From positions 4,544,001 to 4,608,000 of the forward strand of contig OZ245033.1 of the NCBI GenBank assembly GCA_965224025.1: DNA of 64,000 bases, given 5' to 3'. The stretch is from Candidatus Multivorans sp. Lineage in GTDB: Bacteria > Acidobacteriota > Thermoanaerobaculia > Multivoradales > Multivoraceae. Under the pieces are notes generated by a model. The model searched no databases, had not been told where the DNA came from, and worked only from the letters and a program-made list of their open reading frames with translations. This document shows positions 30,572-40,359 of the stretch, in pieces. Made by a program: the position numbers and the translations under genes. How positions within the stretch are numbered: position 1 is the first letter of the stretch; every line of letters starts with the position of its first letter.

Positions 30572-31443
30572 ACGACGGCGACAGCCTGAGTCTGGCGCCA
30601 GACCTGGCCACGGACGCCACGGTGCCGCGGTTGGTCCAAGGCAGCGCCGCCGAGGCGCCCGCTACCGCCCCGCCGCGACCCGAGTCGCGGCGCAGCTTCG
30701 GCCCCCTCAGCCGCCGGCTGGCGGACCAGGGTCTGTTCCTGTTCCGGCACCGGGGGATGTTCGCCGTCTTCCTGCTACCCGCCGGCGTGCTCGCGGTCCT
30801 GGAACGCCGATCGGCGGCGCTCCCCGCGGACCCTGGCCTCGGTTGGCTCGCGGTGTGCCTCACGGTCTCCCTGGTCGGCATGGCCGTGCGAACGGCCGCC
30901 GTTGGATCGGCGCCACCCGGCGCCTCCACGCGCAGCCTGAGGGCGCCGAGCGCAAGCCTGCTGAACACCTCCGGCATGTACTCGCTCAGCCGTCACCCGG
31001 TCTATCTGGGCAACCTGTTCGTGCTGCTCGGGTTCGCGCTCGCGGTCAGGTCGTGGTGGTTCGTGCTCACCGCCGCCCTAGTCTACTGGCTGCTCTACGA
31101 GCGGGTGATCGCCGCCGAGGAACGCTTCCTCGGCGAGCGCTTCGGCGTCACCCATCGCCGCTGGGCCGAGCGCACGCCGACATTCTGGCCCCGTCCCCAC
31201 CTGTGGCGATCTCCCGACGCTCGCTTCAGTTGGCGCACTGTTCTGCTGCGGGAGTACAACTCGCTGCTGCTGATCGCCGCGATCTTCCTGTTCCTGCGCA
31301 TGGTCGACCAGGCAATCGTCCGCGACCTTGGCGCCGGCGCCTGGCTGAGGCAGGATCTTGCCCTCGCCGCCTCGGTGCTTGCGTTGGCGGTCGTGGTCGC
31401 TGTTGCACGGCAGGTGCGCAAGCGGGGGCGCTCGGGGCACTGA
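30568..31443 (+). CDS. ICMT/PEMT-family membrane methyltransferase (LmtA-like)
   Basis: LNTSGMYSLSRHPVYLGN, YERVIAAEERFL...W.ERTP.F.P, FSWR.VL.REY; ATGA overlap with the upstream gene. Confidence 0.8.
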   Translation: MNDGDSLSLAPDLATDATVPRLVQGSAAEAPATAPPRPESRRSFGPLSRRLADQGLFLFRHRGMFAVFLLPAGVLAVLERRSAALPADPGLGWLAVCLTVSLVGMAVRTAAVGSAPPGASTRSLRAPSASLLNTSGMYSLSRHPVYLGNLFVLLGFALAVRSWWFVLTAALVYWLLYERVIAAEERFLGERFGVTHRRWAERTPTFWPRPHLWRSPDARFSWRTVLLREYNSLLLIAAIFLFLRMVDQAIVRDLGAGAWLRQDLALAASVLALAVVVAVARQVRKRGRSGH

Positions 31444-31504
31444 CACCCACGCAACCGGGCTCCAATTCCAGGGAAGCAACAACGGTCGAGATCCGTTGAC
31501 GCCA

Positions 31505-34072
31505 ATGACCGAAACGCCGATGACCGCCCGCCTCAGGATCGCCGCAACCCTGGCCGCGTCGCTGCTGGCTTTGGCCGGCAGCGGGCCGCTGGGCGCCGAG
31601 ACCGGTCGACTCGAGGAGGGTCGGGACGAGTCGGAAGAGGCAGGGCCCGCTGGCCGGGATGCTGCCCCCAAACCGCTCGACACCCGTTTCGTCCGCTGGC
31701 TGGAGCGCGTCGGGCCGCTGATCAGCGAAGAGGAGCGGGAGTTCTTCGTCAACCTTCCCGAGGACTACAGGCGCGAGGCGTTCATCCAGGCCTTCTGGAA
31801 GGCCCGCGACCCCGATCCCAGGACGCCGCTGAACGAACTCCATGTGCTCTGGGAGGACCGCGTGGACGCGGCACTCAGTCAGTGGGGCGCTCTCGAGGAT
31901 GCCCGCGCCCTCTTTTACCTTCTGAACGGCGCGCCGGGTCGGTTCACCTTGCCCGACGGGCGCACCGCCTCGTACTGCCTCTCGCGCGGCAGCGAGTTGG
32001 AGATCTGGTTCTACGGCGGCAGCGACCGCACGCCGCGCCACTTTGTGGTCATCTTCCTGGCCACGAGCAGGAACCGGCCCTACGACTTCTGGCATGAAAG
32101 CGCCGCGCGCCGGCCGGTGGCGCGCCGCGGCCTGCCCACCACGAACATCGCCGTGCTGTGCGCCGACGAATGGCTGCCCTGGGCCGTCCGCACGCTGCAG
32201 AACGACCTTGCCGGCGCCTCCGTTCTCGAGCAGGTCTCGACGCCGCCCGAGCCGCCGGAGGAGTGGCTCGCCACCTTCGCCTCCTTCACCACCGACGTCC
32301 CGGCCACCGCCCCCCGCTTCGATGTCGAGACGCGGTGGGAATTCCCGGGCCGGAACCAGACCCGCACCGTGGCCCACGGTCTGGTCCTGGTGCCTGTGGC
32401 GACCGCCGGCCGCAAGAGCTTCCAGGACCGCGAGTACCACAGCTTCCAGATGACCGGCGAGGTGATCCGCGACGATCACCTGTTCGAGACCTTCCGCTAC
32501 CGGTTCGAACTGCCCGCCGAGGGCGGCGACCCGGACGCCATCCCGCTCGTCTTCACCCGCTATCTGCGTCCCGGCGAGGTCCAGATCCGGCTCAAGATCG
32601 AGGATGTGTTCGGCCAGCGCTTCGCCATCGTCGACGAGACGGTCCCGGTGCCGAACCTGGAGGATGGGCAGTCGCTACGCAAGAGCATCCTCGAGACCTT
32701 CCCGGCTCTGGCCGAGGCGAACGCGGCCGCCTCCCGCGGCGAGCGCCTGCTGCGCCTGGTGCCCCCGCGCGACGAACGGGTGCGGGTGGGGATGGTCCGT
32801 TTCTCGACCCACGCGATCGGCGATTTCGACGCGGTCGCCTTCTCGCTCGACGGCCGGGAAATCCTGCGCAAGCGCCGTCCCCCGTTCGACGTCGAACTGA
32901 ACCTGGGATCCCATCCGACCGAGCACCGCGTGCGCGTCGACGGACTGAAGGACGGCGAGGTCGTCGCCTCGGACGAGATGTCCGTCAACCGCGGCGGCCA
33001 GCGCTTTCGCGCCCGCTTCATCGAGCCGAGCTCCGGCGAGCAGTTCCTCGAGAGCACGCGAGCCGTCATCGAGATCGCCACGCCTGATGGCGAGGAGGTT
33101 GACCGGTTGGAGCTGTTTCTCGGCGAGGAACGGATCGCGACCCTCTACCAGCCACCCTGGGTGCAGCCGGTGGTTCTCGGCGGACCCGACCTGACGTATC
33201 TGCGCACCGCCGCCTTTCTCGCCGACGGCAGCAGTACCGAGGACGTCGTGTTCATCAACAGCCCGAACCCGGTGGAGCGGATCACCGTGCAATACGTCGA
33301 GCTGTTCGCCAGCGTCGTCGACGAGAGGGGACGGCCGATCCCCGGCCTGGAGCAGGACCGCTTCCGGATCACCGAAGACGGCGCCGCACAGACCATCCGC
33401 CGCTTCGACTGGGTGGACGACACGCCGTTCCACGCCGGTCTCCTGATCGACACGTCGGCTTCGATGGAGGACTCGATCGAGCAGGTGCAGACTGCGGCGC
33501 AGCGGTTCGTGGACAAGGCCCTCCAGCCCCAGGATCGGATGGCGGTCCTCACCTTCGCCAACCGCCCCCAGGTCGAGAGCCGGTTCACGAAGGACACCGG
33601 CATGCTCGCACGCGCGTTGGCAGGTCTCGAAGCCGTCGGCACAACGGCCCTCTACGACAGCCTCGTCTACTCGCTGAGCTACTTCGACGGAATCAGCGGC
33701 CAGAAGGCGCTTCTGCTCCTTTCCGACGGCAAGGACGAGAACAGCACCTTCTCGTTCGAGAGTGCACTCATGACCGCGCAGCGCTCGGGCGTGGCGATCT
33801 ACGCCATCGGCCTCAAGCACGCGGCCAGGGACCGCAACACAAGGCGCGTCCTCGAGCGCATCGCCGAAGAGACCGGCGGGCAGGCGTTCCTGATCGAAGA
33901 CGTCGACGAGCTCGACGCGATCTACGACCAGATCGAACGTGAACTCCGGAACAGGTACCTGCTCACCTACCAGTCGACGAGCACGAAGTCCGACAGCGAC
34001 TTCCGGGCGATCCGGGTCGAGGTGGACAGGCGCGGCGCCGACGTGCGTACGATGTCGGGGTACTACCCGTAA
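31505..34072 (+). CDS. Secreted GWxTD-like + Ig-like + VWA domain protein
   Basis: LISEEEREFF...FWKARDPDPRTPLNE; VWA DTSASM, TALYD, LLSDGKD, IAEETGGQAF. Confidence 0.88.
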   Translation: MTETPMTARLRIAATLAASLLALAGSGPLGAETGRLEEGRDESEEAGPAGRDAAPKPLDTRFVRWLERVGPLISEEEREFFVNLPEDYRREAFIQAFWKARDPDPRTPLNELHVLWEDRVDAALSQWGALEDARALFYLLNGAPGRFTLPDGRTASYCLSRGSELEIWFYGGSDRTPRHFVVIFLATSRNRPYDFWHESAARRPVARRGLPTTNIAVLCADEWLPWAVRTLQNDLAGASVLEQVSTPPEPPEEWLATFASFTTDVPATAPRFDVETRWEFPGRNQTRTVAHGLVLVPVATAGRKSFQDREYHSFQMTGEVIRDDHLFETFRYRFELPAEGGDPDAIPLVFTRYLRPGEVQIRLKIEDVFGQRFAIVDETVPVPNLEDGQSLRKSILETFPALAEANAAASRGERLLRLVPPRDERVRVGMVRFSTHAIGDFDAVAFSLDGREILRKRRPPFDVELNLGSHPTEHRVRVDGLKDGEVVASDEMSVNRGGQRFRARFIEPSSGEQFLESTRAVIEIATPDGEEVDRLELFLGEERIATLYQPPWVQPVVLGGPDLTYLRTAAFLADGSSTEDVVFINSPNPVERITVQYVELFASVVDERGRPIPGLEQDRFRITEDGAAQTIRRFDWVDDTPFHAGLLIDTSASMEDSIEQVQTAAQRFVDKALQPQDRMAVLTFANRPQVESRFTKDTGMLARALAGLEAVGTTALYDSLVYSLSYFDGISGQKALLLLSDGKDENSTFSFESALMTAQRSGVAIYAIGLKHAARDRNTRRVLERIAEETGGQAFLIEDVDELDAIYDQIERELRNRYLLTYQSTSTKSDSDFRAIRVEVDRRGADVRTMSGYYP

Positions 34073-34119
34073 AAGCCGACAAGACCGGAGACGCCCCGGC
34101 GCCTGGCGGGACGCCCCCC

Positions 34120-35088
34120 TCAGACGTGCCGTTCGACGAAGGGCAGCATCGCGTCCACGCACTCTTCCGGCTTCTCCAGCAGGAGAAAGTGGCTCGTGTC
34201 GGGCACGAAGTCGTAGTCCAGGATGAGGATGTGACTCAGGTTCACACTCGGCAGGAAGGAAAACGGCACCGTCGGGTCGCTGCCGATCACCTTGACGGGA
34301 CAGCTCAGGCTCCCGAGATCGACCCGCTGCACCCAGTCGAGGGACTGGTCGACGATCCGCGCTTCGTGCTCGCTGGGGCAGCGAAGTTCGTATCCGTGGC
34401 CGTCGGCGGCCGGTCGGAGCATCGTCTCCGCCAGGAGTTCCGCAACACCAGGTAGAAGAAGCCCGAAAACAGAGGCCCGGCCGATGCTCTCCGCGAGTTC
34501 TTCGACGCTCTCGAAGCGCTGCGGGCGGCGCCTGACCGAAGCGCCGATGTTGCGCAATTTCCCGTGCACGTCCGCGATGTCGACCGGTTCGCAACCAAGC
34601 GGGCAGATCACGGGGTCGAAGAGCACCACGGCCGAGAATCCCTCTCCGCCGGCAGCGTAGAGCGCAGCGGTCAAGGCCGACACCGAGTGAAAAACGCCGA
34701 TCTTCGGTTTGGCTCCGAAGTGCAGGTCGACAGCCTCGGCAACGCAGCCATGGTCCTGGACCATGGCCGGCACCGTCTGTGCGTCCAACTGGCCGACCGG
34801 GTTCCAACCATGGCTCCGCTGGTCCCAGAGGATCAGGTCGAAGCGGTCGGTGAGCAACGACCAGAACGGGTAGTAGGCGTCGGCCGAGAACCCGTTGCCG
34901 TGACTCAGGACCAGGCGCGGGCCATCGGGATTGCCGTGCCTCCTGAGAATGATCGGAGTCTCGTCGTCAGCGCGGACCTCGACCGCGGCCAGCGGTGCGG
35001 GCACCTCCCATACGGCGCCCACGTCAGCAGGATCGCCTTCCTGGCGCACCGACGATCCACTCCCCGCCGAAGGGGCTCCGGCAGTCAC
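34120..35088 (-). CDS. Alpha/beta hydrolase
   Basis: SHGNG, DQRSHG, FHSVS nucleophile elbow, SHFLLLEKP. Confidence 0.85.
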   Translation of the reverse strand: MTAGAPSAGSGSSVRQEGDPADVGAVWEVPAPLAAVEVRADDETPIILRRHGNPDGPRLVLSHGNGFSADAYYPFWSLLTDRFDLILWDQRSHGWNPVGQLDAQTVPAMVQDHGCVAEAVDLHFGAKPKIGVFHSVSALTAALYAAGGEGFSAVVLFDPVICPLGCEPVDIADVHGKLRNIGASVRRRPQRFESVEELAESIGRASVFGLLLPGVAELLAETMLRPAADGHGYELRCPSEHEARIVDQSLDWVQRVDLGSLSCPVKVIGSDPTVPFSFLPSVNLSHILILDYDFVPDTSHFLLLEKPEECVDAMLPFVERHV

Positions 35089-36307
35089 GCCGCCGTTGCG
35101 TCCTCGCCGAACCTCTCGACCGCCTCCAGCGTCTCACGCACATCATCCCAACTGGTCGTGTGGTTGATGATGCAGAAGCGGAGCGAGAAGGTTCCGTGGA
35201 GCGAAGTCGACGAAACGAACGCACGATCGTCCCAGAACAGGCGCGCGAGGACCTCTCCGTTGATCTCCTCGAGCGGTTCCTCCTCGAGATCGACGGCTTC
35301 CGGGTTGACTCGCATGCAGACCACGCCAAGCGACGCGGGCGTCAGAAGCTCCAGGGTCGGACTCTGCTCCACGTACTCCTCCGCTCGGAAGGCAAGTGCC
35401 ATCCCCTTCGACACGGCCCGCCGGAACGCGGACATGCCGAACGTCTGGACCGACATCCAGATCTTCAGCGCCCGGAAGGAACGGCTCAACTGCAGGCCGC
35501 GATCGTTGATGTTCGGGTGGTGCGCGCCCCAGATCGTGTCCTGGAGAACGGTCGTGCCAAAGGCGAAGACGTCTTCAAGGGTGCTGGCATCCTTGACCAG
35601 CAGGCAGCCCACATCGTATGGCTGGAAGAGCCACTTGTGCGGGTCCAGTCCGATCGAATCGGCGCGCTCGGACTCAGGCCTGACGCCGAGGATCATCGCG
35701 GCTCGCGCCTGTGCACTGTGACTCTGATCGCTCATGTACACGGTCGGCCGCTCGGGATTGCCGGCCGCTTCCCTGGCCGCGACGAGGCGTCCACGCTGGC
35801 GGCAGAACCGCCGCTGGTCAGCAGCCCGCCGGCACTCTCCGGATAATCAAGCCAGCGCCGGAACCAGTCCAGGACGACGAGTTCGAGCTGGCTCGGACCG
35901 CTCGCGACCAGCCAGGTGCAGGCGTTCACGTTGTAAGCGGAAGCAAGAAAATCCGCGATGATGCCGGGCCAGGTTGGCTCAGTAGGAACGAACCCGAAGC
36001 AGCGGGGGTGGTCCAGTCGGGTCGTCATCGGAAGGATGTCTTCTACGGCTCGATGGAGAACTTTCTCGGCCGGGTTGCCCTCCTCCGGCGGATCCTCGAG
36101 GAGCAGACGCTCGAGCCCCTCCTTGAATTCTCCGTCCCAGGCGTCTTCCTGAGGCAGGCTCTCAATACGCGCTACTGCAAGCTCCGCAGCCCGGCGGGCA
36201 AGGTCCAACATCGCCTGCGGCGACATCCGCAGGTCGGAAAGGCCTGCTCCCCCGTCGTCGGCCAGCGCGTCTTCTCCGCCCCTGCCGGGTTCTCCAGCCT
36301 GCAGCAT
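35085..36307 (-). pseudogene. Group II PLP-dependent decarboxylase, frameshifted and internally deleted
   Basis: HPRCFGFVP, TSGGSAA, frameshift near 35785, SDQSHS joined directly to ADSIGLDPHKW; the GTT...DPL / HVDAAYGG region is missing. Confidence 0.8.
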
Positions 36308-36326
36308 TGTTCTCGACCCTACAGCG

Positions 36327-37229
36327 TCAACGAAACGCCGGCGCCACATCCTCGATGAACTGGTCCAGGACTTCCTTCTGCCGGTCCTTGCCGCCCAGGT
36401 TGAAGGCCGGGACAATGAATTCTTCTACTCCGGCATCCCGGTAGGCGCCGACCGCGTCGACGATCTGAGGCACGCCGCCGATGTTCGAGGGCATCGCCGC
36501 GCCGCGCGCCCGCACCTTCGCCAGGAACGCCTCGTCGTCGCTCAGGAACAGCAGCGCCACCGCCGAGCGCTCGATCTCCGCCGGATCGCGGCCCACGTTC
36601 TCGCAGTGGGCGTCGAGCACCGCCATCTTGTGCTTGAGGATGTCGACCGTGCCCCAGACGTTCCACTCGTCCGCATGCTGGGCGGTGATCCGCAGGGTTA
36701 CCTTCTCGCCGCCGCCGCCGATCATCAACGGCAGCGGATCCTGCACCGGCTTCGGCTCGAGCGGCGCTCCGATCAAGGAGTACGCGTTGCCCGCGAAGTC
36801 GGCGCTCTGCCGACCGTACAGCGCCTTGATCACCCGGCAGGCCTCGTCGAGACGGCGGAGGCGTTCGCCGAGCGTGTAGAACGGGATGCCGTACGCAAGG
36901 TGCTCGTTCTCCTGCCAGCCGGCGCCCAGGCCCAGGACAACGCGGCCGCCGGAGATGTGATCGATCGTCGCCGCCATCTTCGCCAGCACCGCCGGATGCC
37001 GGTAGGTGTTGCCCGTGACCAGGGGTCCGAGACGCACTCGAGGCACGGCCGCCGCGAGCGCCGCGATCGTGGTCCAGCTTTCCGCCCATGGCGCCGACGT
37101 GTCCTCGCCGTTCGGCATGAAGTGATCGGCGTACCAGATGCCGTCCCAGCCGCTCGCCTCGACGTGCCGGGACATCTCCAGCAGGTCGGACCAGGGCATC
37201 GTGGGGGCGGGCCAGTAGCTGAATCGCAT
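36327..37229 (-). CDS. LLM-class F420-dependent oxidoreductase
   Basis: ADHFMP, VTGNTYRHPAVLAKMAATIDHISGGR, IGGGGEK. Confidence 0.9.
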   Translation of the reverse strand: MRFSYWPAPTMPWSDLLEMSRHVEASGWDGIWYADHFMPNGEDTSAPWAESWTTIAALAAAVPRVRLGPLVTGNTYRHPAVLAKMAATIDHISGGRVVLGLGAGWQENEHLAYGIPFYTLGERLRRLDEACRVIKALYGRQSADFAGNAYSLIGAPLEPKPVQDPLPLMIGGGGEKVTLRITAQHADEWNVWGTVDILKHKMAVLDAHCENVGRDPAEIERSAVALLFLSDDEAFLAKVRARGAAMPSNIGGVPQIVDAVGAYRDAGVEEFIVPAFNLGGKDRQKEVLDQFIEDVAPAFR

Positions 37230-37284
37230 CGGAGGGCTCCGTCGGGCGTTACGTCTCGGACGGCGCGTACCTTACCGCGCCCAG

Positions 37285-37377
37285 CTACGACGCCCCAGCC
37301 CCAAACGCCGAGAACGGCGCCGCCGCCGGCACAGCCACTGTCCGCTCGTCGATTGCATACTTCTTGTCGCCGGGATA
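37285..37377 (-). repeat. 93-bp diverged duplicate of the 3' end of the ATPase gene at 40360-40452
   Basis: First 34 nt identical (CTACGACGCCCCAGCCCCAAACGCCGAGAACGGC); encodes YPGDKKYAIDERTVAVPAAAPFSAFGAGAS* versus YPGDQRYAIDDRIVAVPAAMPFSAFGAGAS*. Confidence 0.88.
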
Positions 37378-37392
37378 ATGGATCTTCGCACC

Positions 37393-37779
37393 TCACCACA
37401 CTCGATTAACGGCGTAGCGATCGAACGCCGCGTCGACCGACACCAGCGGCAGGTCGCGCGCCAAGGCTTGCGCGATGAGCATTCGGTCGAACGGATCGCG
37501 GTGCGGCCCGGGCAGACGTCCGGCGCGCTCGGCATCGGCAACGCTTATCTGGAGTTCCGTGAAGCCCTGGGTCCCGATGCAACCGACGACATCTCGGGCC
37601 ACGGTTTCGCCTCCGGGCAGCTTGCCCAATCGGTACTTCGTTGCGATCTCCCAGGCGGAGGCCGCGCTAACCAGGATCTCGTTCGAGTCGTCCCGAATCA
37701 GGCGGCGAGCGGTCTCCGAGAGACGCGCGCTGTCCGCGACCCACCACAGAAGCGCGTGAGTGTCCAAGAGGGCCTTCAC
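37393..37779 (-). CDS. vapC: PIN-domain VapC toxin
   Basis: LLDTHALLWW, SAASAWEI..K..LGKL, HRDPFDRMLIAQA. Confidence 0.92.
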   Translation of the reverse strand: MKALLDTHALLWWVADSARLSETARRLIRDDSNEILVSAASAWEIATKYRLGKLPGGETVARDVVGCIGTQGFTELQISVADAERAGRLPGPHRDPFDRMLIAQALARDLPLVSVDAAFDRYAVNRVW

Positions 37780-37785
37780 GCCGAT

Positions 37786-38016
37786 CTACTGTTCCCAGAG
37801 GGAAAGCTCTTCTTCCGGCAACGGGTCGAAGAAACTGTCTGGAACGACGACCCTGCCTTTCAGGACGTCGGGCTGGCGCCTGACCTTCGGCCGGCAGCAG
37901 ACGAGCCGCGCGACCGGTTCGCCGCGGCGCGCTATCACCACGTCCTCCCCGGCCTCGACCTGGGCCAGCAGCCGCGAGAGTTGAGTCTTGGCTTGATGAA
38001 CGTTGACGATGGTCAC
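37786..38016 (-). CDS. Phd/YefM-family antitoxin
   Basis: VNVHQAKTQLSRLL..VEAGEDVVIARRGEPVARL. Confidence 0.92.
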   Translation of the reverse strand: MTIVNVHQAKTQLSRLLAQVEAGEDVVIARRGEPVARLVCCRPKVRRQPDVLKGRVVVPDSFFDPLPEEELSLWEQ

Positions 38017-38112
38017 TGCAAACGCCCTCCCAAGAGTCCTGTTCGACGAAGACGCGAGTCCAGACCACCACAGCAGACGGAGCGGACCGCCATTGCGCTG
38101 AACCGAAACACG

Positions 38113-38138
38113 AACCTAGCTAAGACTATGGCTAGGTT
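38113..38138. promoter_or_regulatory. Palindrome upstream of phd-vapC, putative autoregulatory operator
   Basis: AACCTAGC-N10-GCTAGGTT. Confidence 0.5.
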
Positions 38139-38257
38139 GTGCGATGGTCAAGCCAGGAGCGGGACCGCGCCGAGGCGCGAGCGGCCTTCGAGGCTGGTAC
38201 TCGTGGGCGATCCGCAGCCGCCCGGAGCCGATGAAGCGAAGGGGTCCGCATAAGACA

Positions 38258-38548
38258 TCAAACGATCCAGGGTTCCCCGGTCTCGCGATCCTGACCTCTG
38301 CCGAAGCGGCTGCGAGCTTCCTCGATCGGCGCGGCGAAGCGATAGACGATCACCGAGTCCTGGCGGCAGTCGATCACGTCCTGCACCTCGCCGATCATGC
38401 GGGTTAGCCGCACTGGCGACAAGCGACACTCGAAGACGGACATCTGCACCCGCTGGCCGTACTTCTCGCAAACCCGCGCAACCCGCCTGAGGCGCGAGGC
38501 GCCTTCGCCCTCCGTGTCGGCGATGTCGTAGGTGACGAGGACATCCAT
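38258..38548 (-). CDS. cas2: CRISPR-associated endoribonuclease Cas2
   Basis: VLVTYDI, RLRRVARVCEKYGQRVQMSVFEC, DSVIVY. Confidence 0.93.
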   Translation of the reverse strand: MDVLVTYDIADTEGEGASRLRRVARVCEKYGQRVQMSVFECRLSPVRLTRMIGEVQDVIDCRQDSVIVYRFAAPIEEARSRFGRGQDRETGEPWIV

Positions 38549-38551
38549 CGC

Positions 38552-39345
38552 TCAAGCCAGAACGAACGGCGGATAGACCGGCAGATCGCCTCGCAGGTGG
38601 CGCGCCAGCCGAGTCGCCTGAATTGACGGCAGGACCCAACGGCCGACCCGCCGGCCCGACACCCGGTGGAACACGGCGGTTTCCTTGTGGCGTTCCCAGG
38701 CCTTGATCAGGCCAGCGCGGCCATCATCGCTCAGGTAGACGCCGCCTCCCGGCGTGCAAACGAAGCTGTCGTGCCCCACCTGCCGTCTCCGCACAAGGGA
38801 CACGACGAAGCGGTCCGCCAGAGCACGCAGCTCCTCGGCAAGATCGAGGGCCAACGAGGGTCTGCCGGACCGCGGCCGATGGAAGAAGTCCATCTGGTAG
38901 TCCAACCCGACACTCTCCGTCGCGCCAATGAACTCAGTGGCGAGAAGTCCGTAGCAGAAGCCGAACATCGCGTTCACCGGATCGCGCGGCGGCCGCCGGT
39001 TTCGCTTTGAGAACCGGAGGTCGCACTTTGAAAGAGCCTGCCTGACCGCCCCGAAGTAGACTCGGGCGGCGTCACCTTCGACGCCCCGAACGTGGTCCGC
39101 CGTCTCCGCGCCGGCCAACCGCCCGACACGCTCTCCGATCTGCCGCGCTCGTTCCGCCAGACCCTCGGCCTCGTAAGAATCTCGTTCGTCGCGGGCCCAG
39201 CGTTCCACGACCTTGCGGCTGTTCTGGAGCTTCGCGGCTACGAACGCCTTCGCCAGCGAGAGAGAATGAGCGGCATCCGCGACCGCTCCATAGAGCGCAG
39301 ACCGCAGGTGGACATTCCGCCCGTGACGCCGCCGACGACGAACCG
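38552..39345 (-). pseudogene. cas1: Cas1, N-terminally deleted, frameshift near 39315
   Basis: G(N)VHLR, RGVEGDAARVYF, RRPPRDPVNA, SLALDLAEELR, LARHLRGDLPVYPPF (I-C-like Cas1). Confidence 0.88.
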
Positions 39346-39692
39346 CTGTTCCCGGATCTGCCGCACGACTTCTACTACTTGGCCCCGCAACGCCGTAGTG
39401 AACTCAACGCGAACCCAGCGTCGCGGCCCGCCGTACCAGACAGAGCCCTCCGGCACATCGACGCCCAGCATCTCCTCCAGGCACAGCGCCTGGGCGCATA
39501 GCTGGAGGTCGGCAGCCAAACCGTGACGGACGCCCGACTTCTACTCGACCGGCCGCACCGCTCCCCGCTCTGGTTCCACCGCATCGGCTCTGCCAATGAG
39601 CCCCAACACCTCAGACCACAAGGGGATCGCCCGGAGGACACAACGCAACTTGGCCTTGGCCGGCGCCTCGCCGAGCAATTCGAGCGCTGCCT
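39346..39692 (-). pseudogene. cas4: Cas4 fragment with in-frame stop
   Basis: LGLIGRADAVE...RPVE*KSG (TAG at 39541-39543 replacing Y), QLCAQALCLEEM; both ends missing. Confidence 0.85.
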
Positions 39693-39730
39693 CGGGATGG
39701 CCGCTGTGTCATGTACGTTGGCAGAGAGGG
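39693..39730. mobile_element. 38-bp IS end scar identical to 9946-9983
   Basis: CGGGATGGCCGCTGTGTCATGTACGTTGGCAGAGAGGG present at both sites. Confidence 0.9.
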
Positions 39731-40109
39731 TAAGGTACGCGTCGGCGTTGCGGTGCGGAAACTCCAGACTCGACAACCGCTTCGGCAGATGAGCCGGCAG
39801 ACTCGGCAGAGACAGATCGAGAACGAACTCCGGCACCGGCACCAGGTCCCGGTTCCGACGCAGGGCGTCCTTGAGGCGGTTCGCCTGCGACGGCACGTTG
39901 TCGATCACGATCACCGGCGTGGGTTCGTCGTCGTCCAGAGAAACCCACCGCCAATCCTCCTGATATCTGCCGCCTTCGTACGCGGCGGGCTTCACTGGTC
40001 CGCCCGCGCCCGCCAAGGGAGCCAAATCCGTGTCGATGCGGATACCGGCGTCAAACGAGTCGTCAGCAGAAGCGGAGAGCAACAACTCCAAGTCGATCGT
40101 ACGGGCCAT
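39731..40109 (-). pseudogene. csb1: Type I-G (I-U) Cas7/Csb1, N-terminal ~126 aa only
   Basis: PVKPAAY, VIDNVPSQANRL, SSLEFPHRNADAYL; truncated exactly at the IS scar. Confidence 0.82.
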
Positions 40110-40359
40110 GCGTGTACTTCCCTATCAAGAGACGGCGGCTCAGTTGTCGGAAGCAACAGACCATTCTTGAGTGCTTTCGCATAGGTCAACACTCTCGTCG
40201 GTCGAGTTCGCGAACGCCCGTTCGATCGCTGGCAACGCCCCGAAACGCAACCGATCAACGTCTTTGCGAGTGAGCCACCTGCCGGCGTGAACGGATTCAA
40301 GCGCATGTGGACGGCGATCGAGAGCGGCGACTGGGATACGGCCGCCGACGAGAGGCCGC

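Noticed and set aside
38017-38257. CRISPR array downstream of cas2
   Set aside because: No repeated 28-37 bp unit with spacers is visible; at most a leader-like GCGGACCCC...GGGGG remnant
39375-40109. 244-aa ORF as a genuine Csb1 fusion protein
   Set aside because: After residue ~126 it reads through the IS scar and out-of-frame cas4
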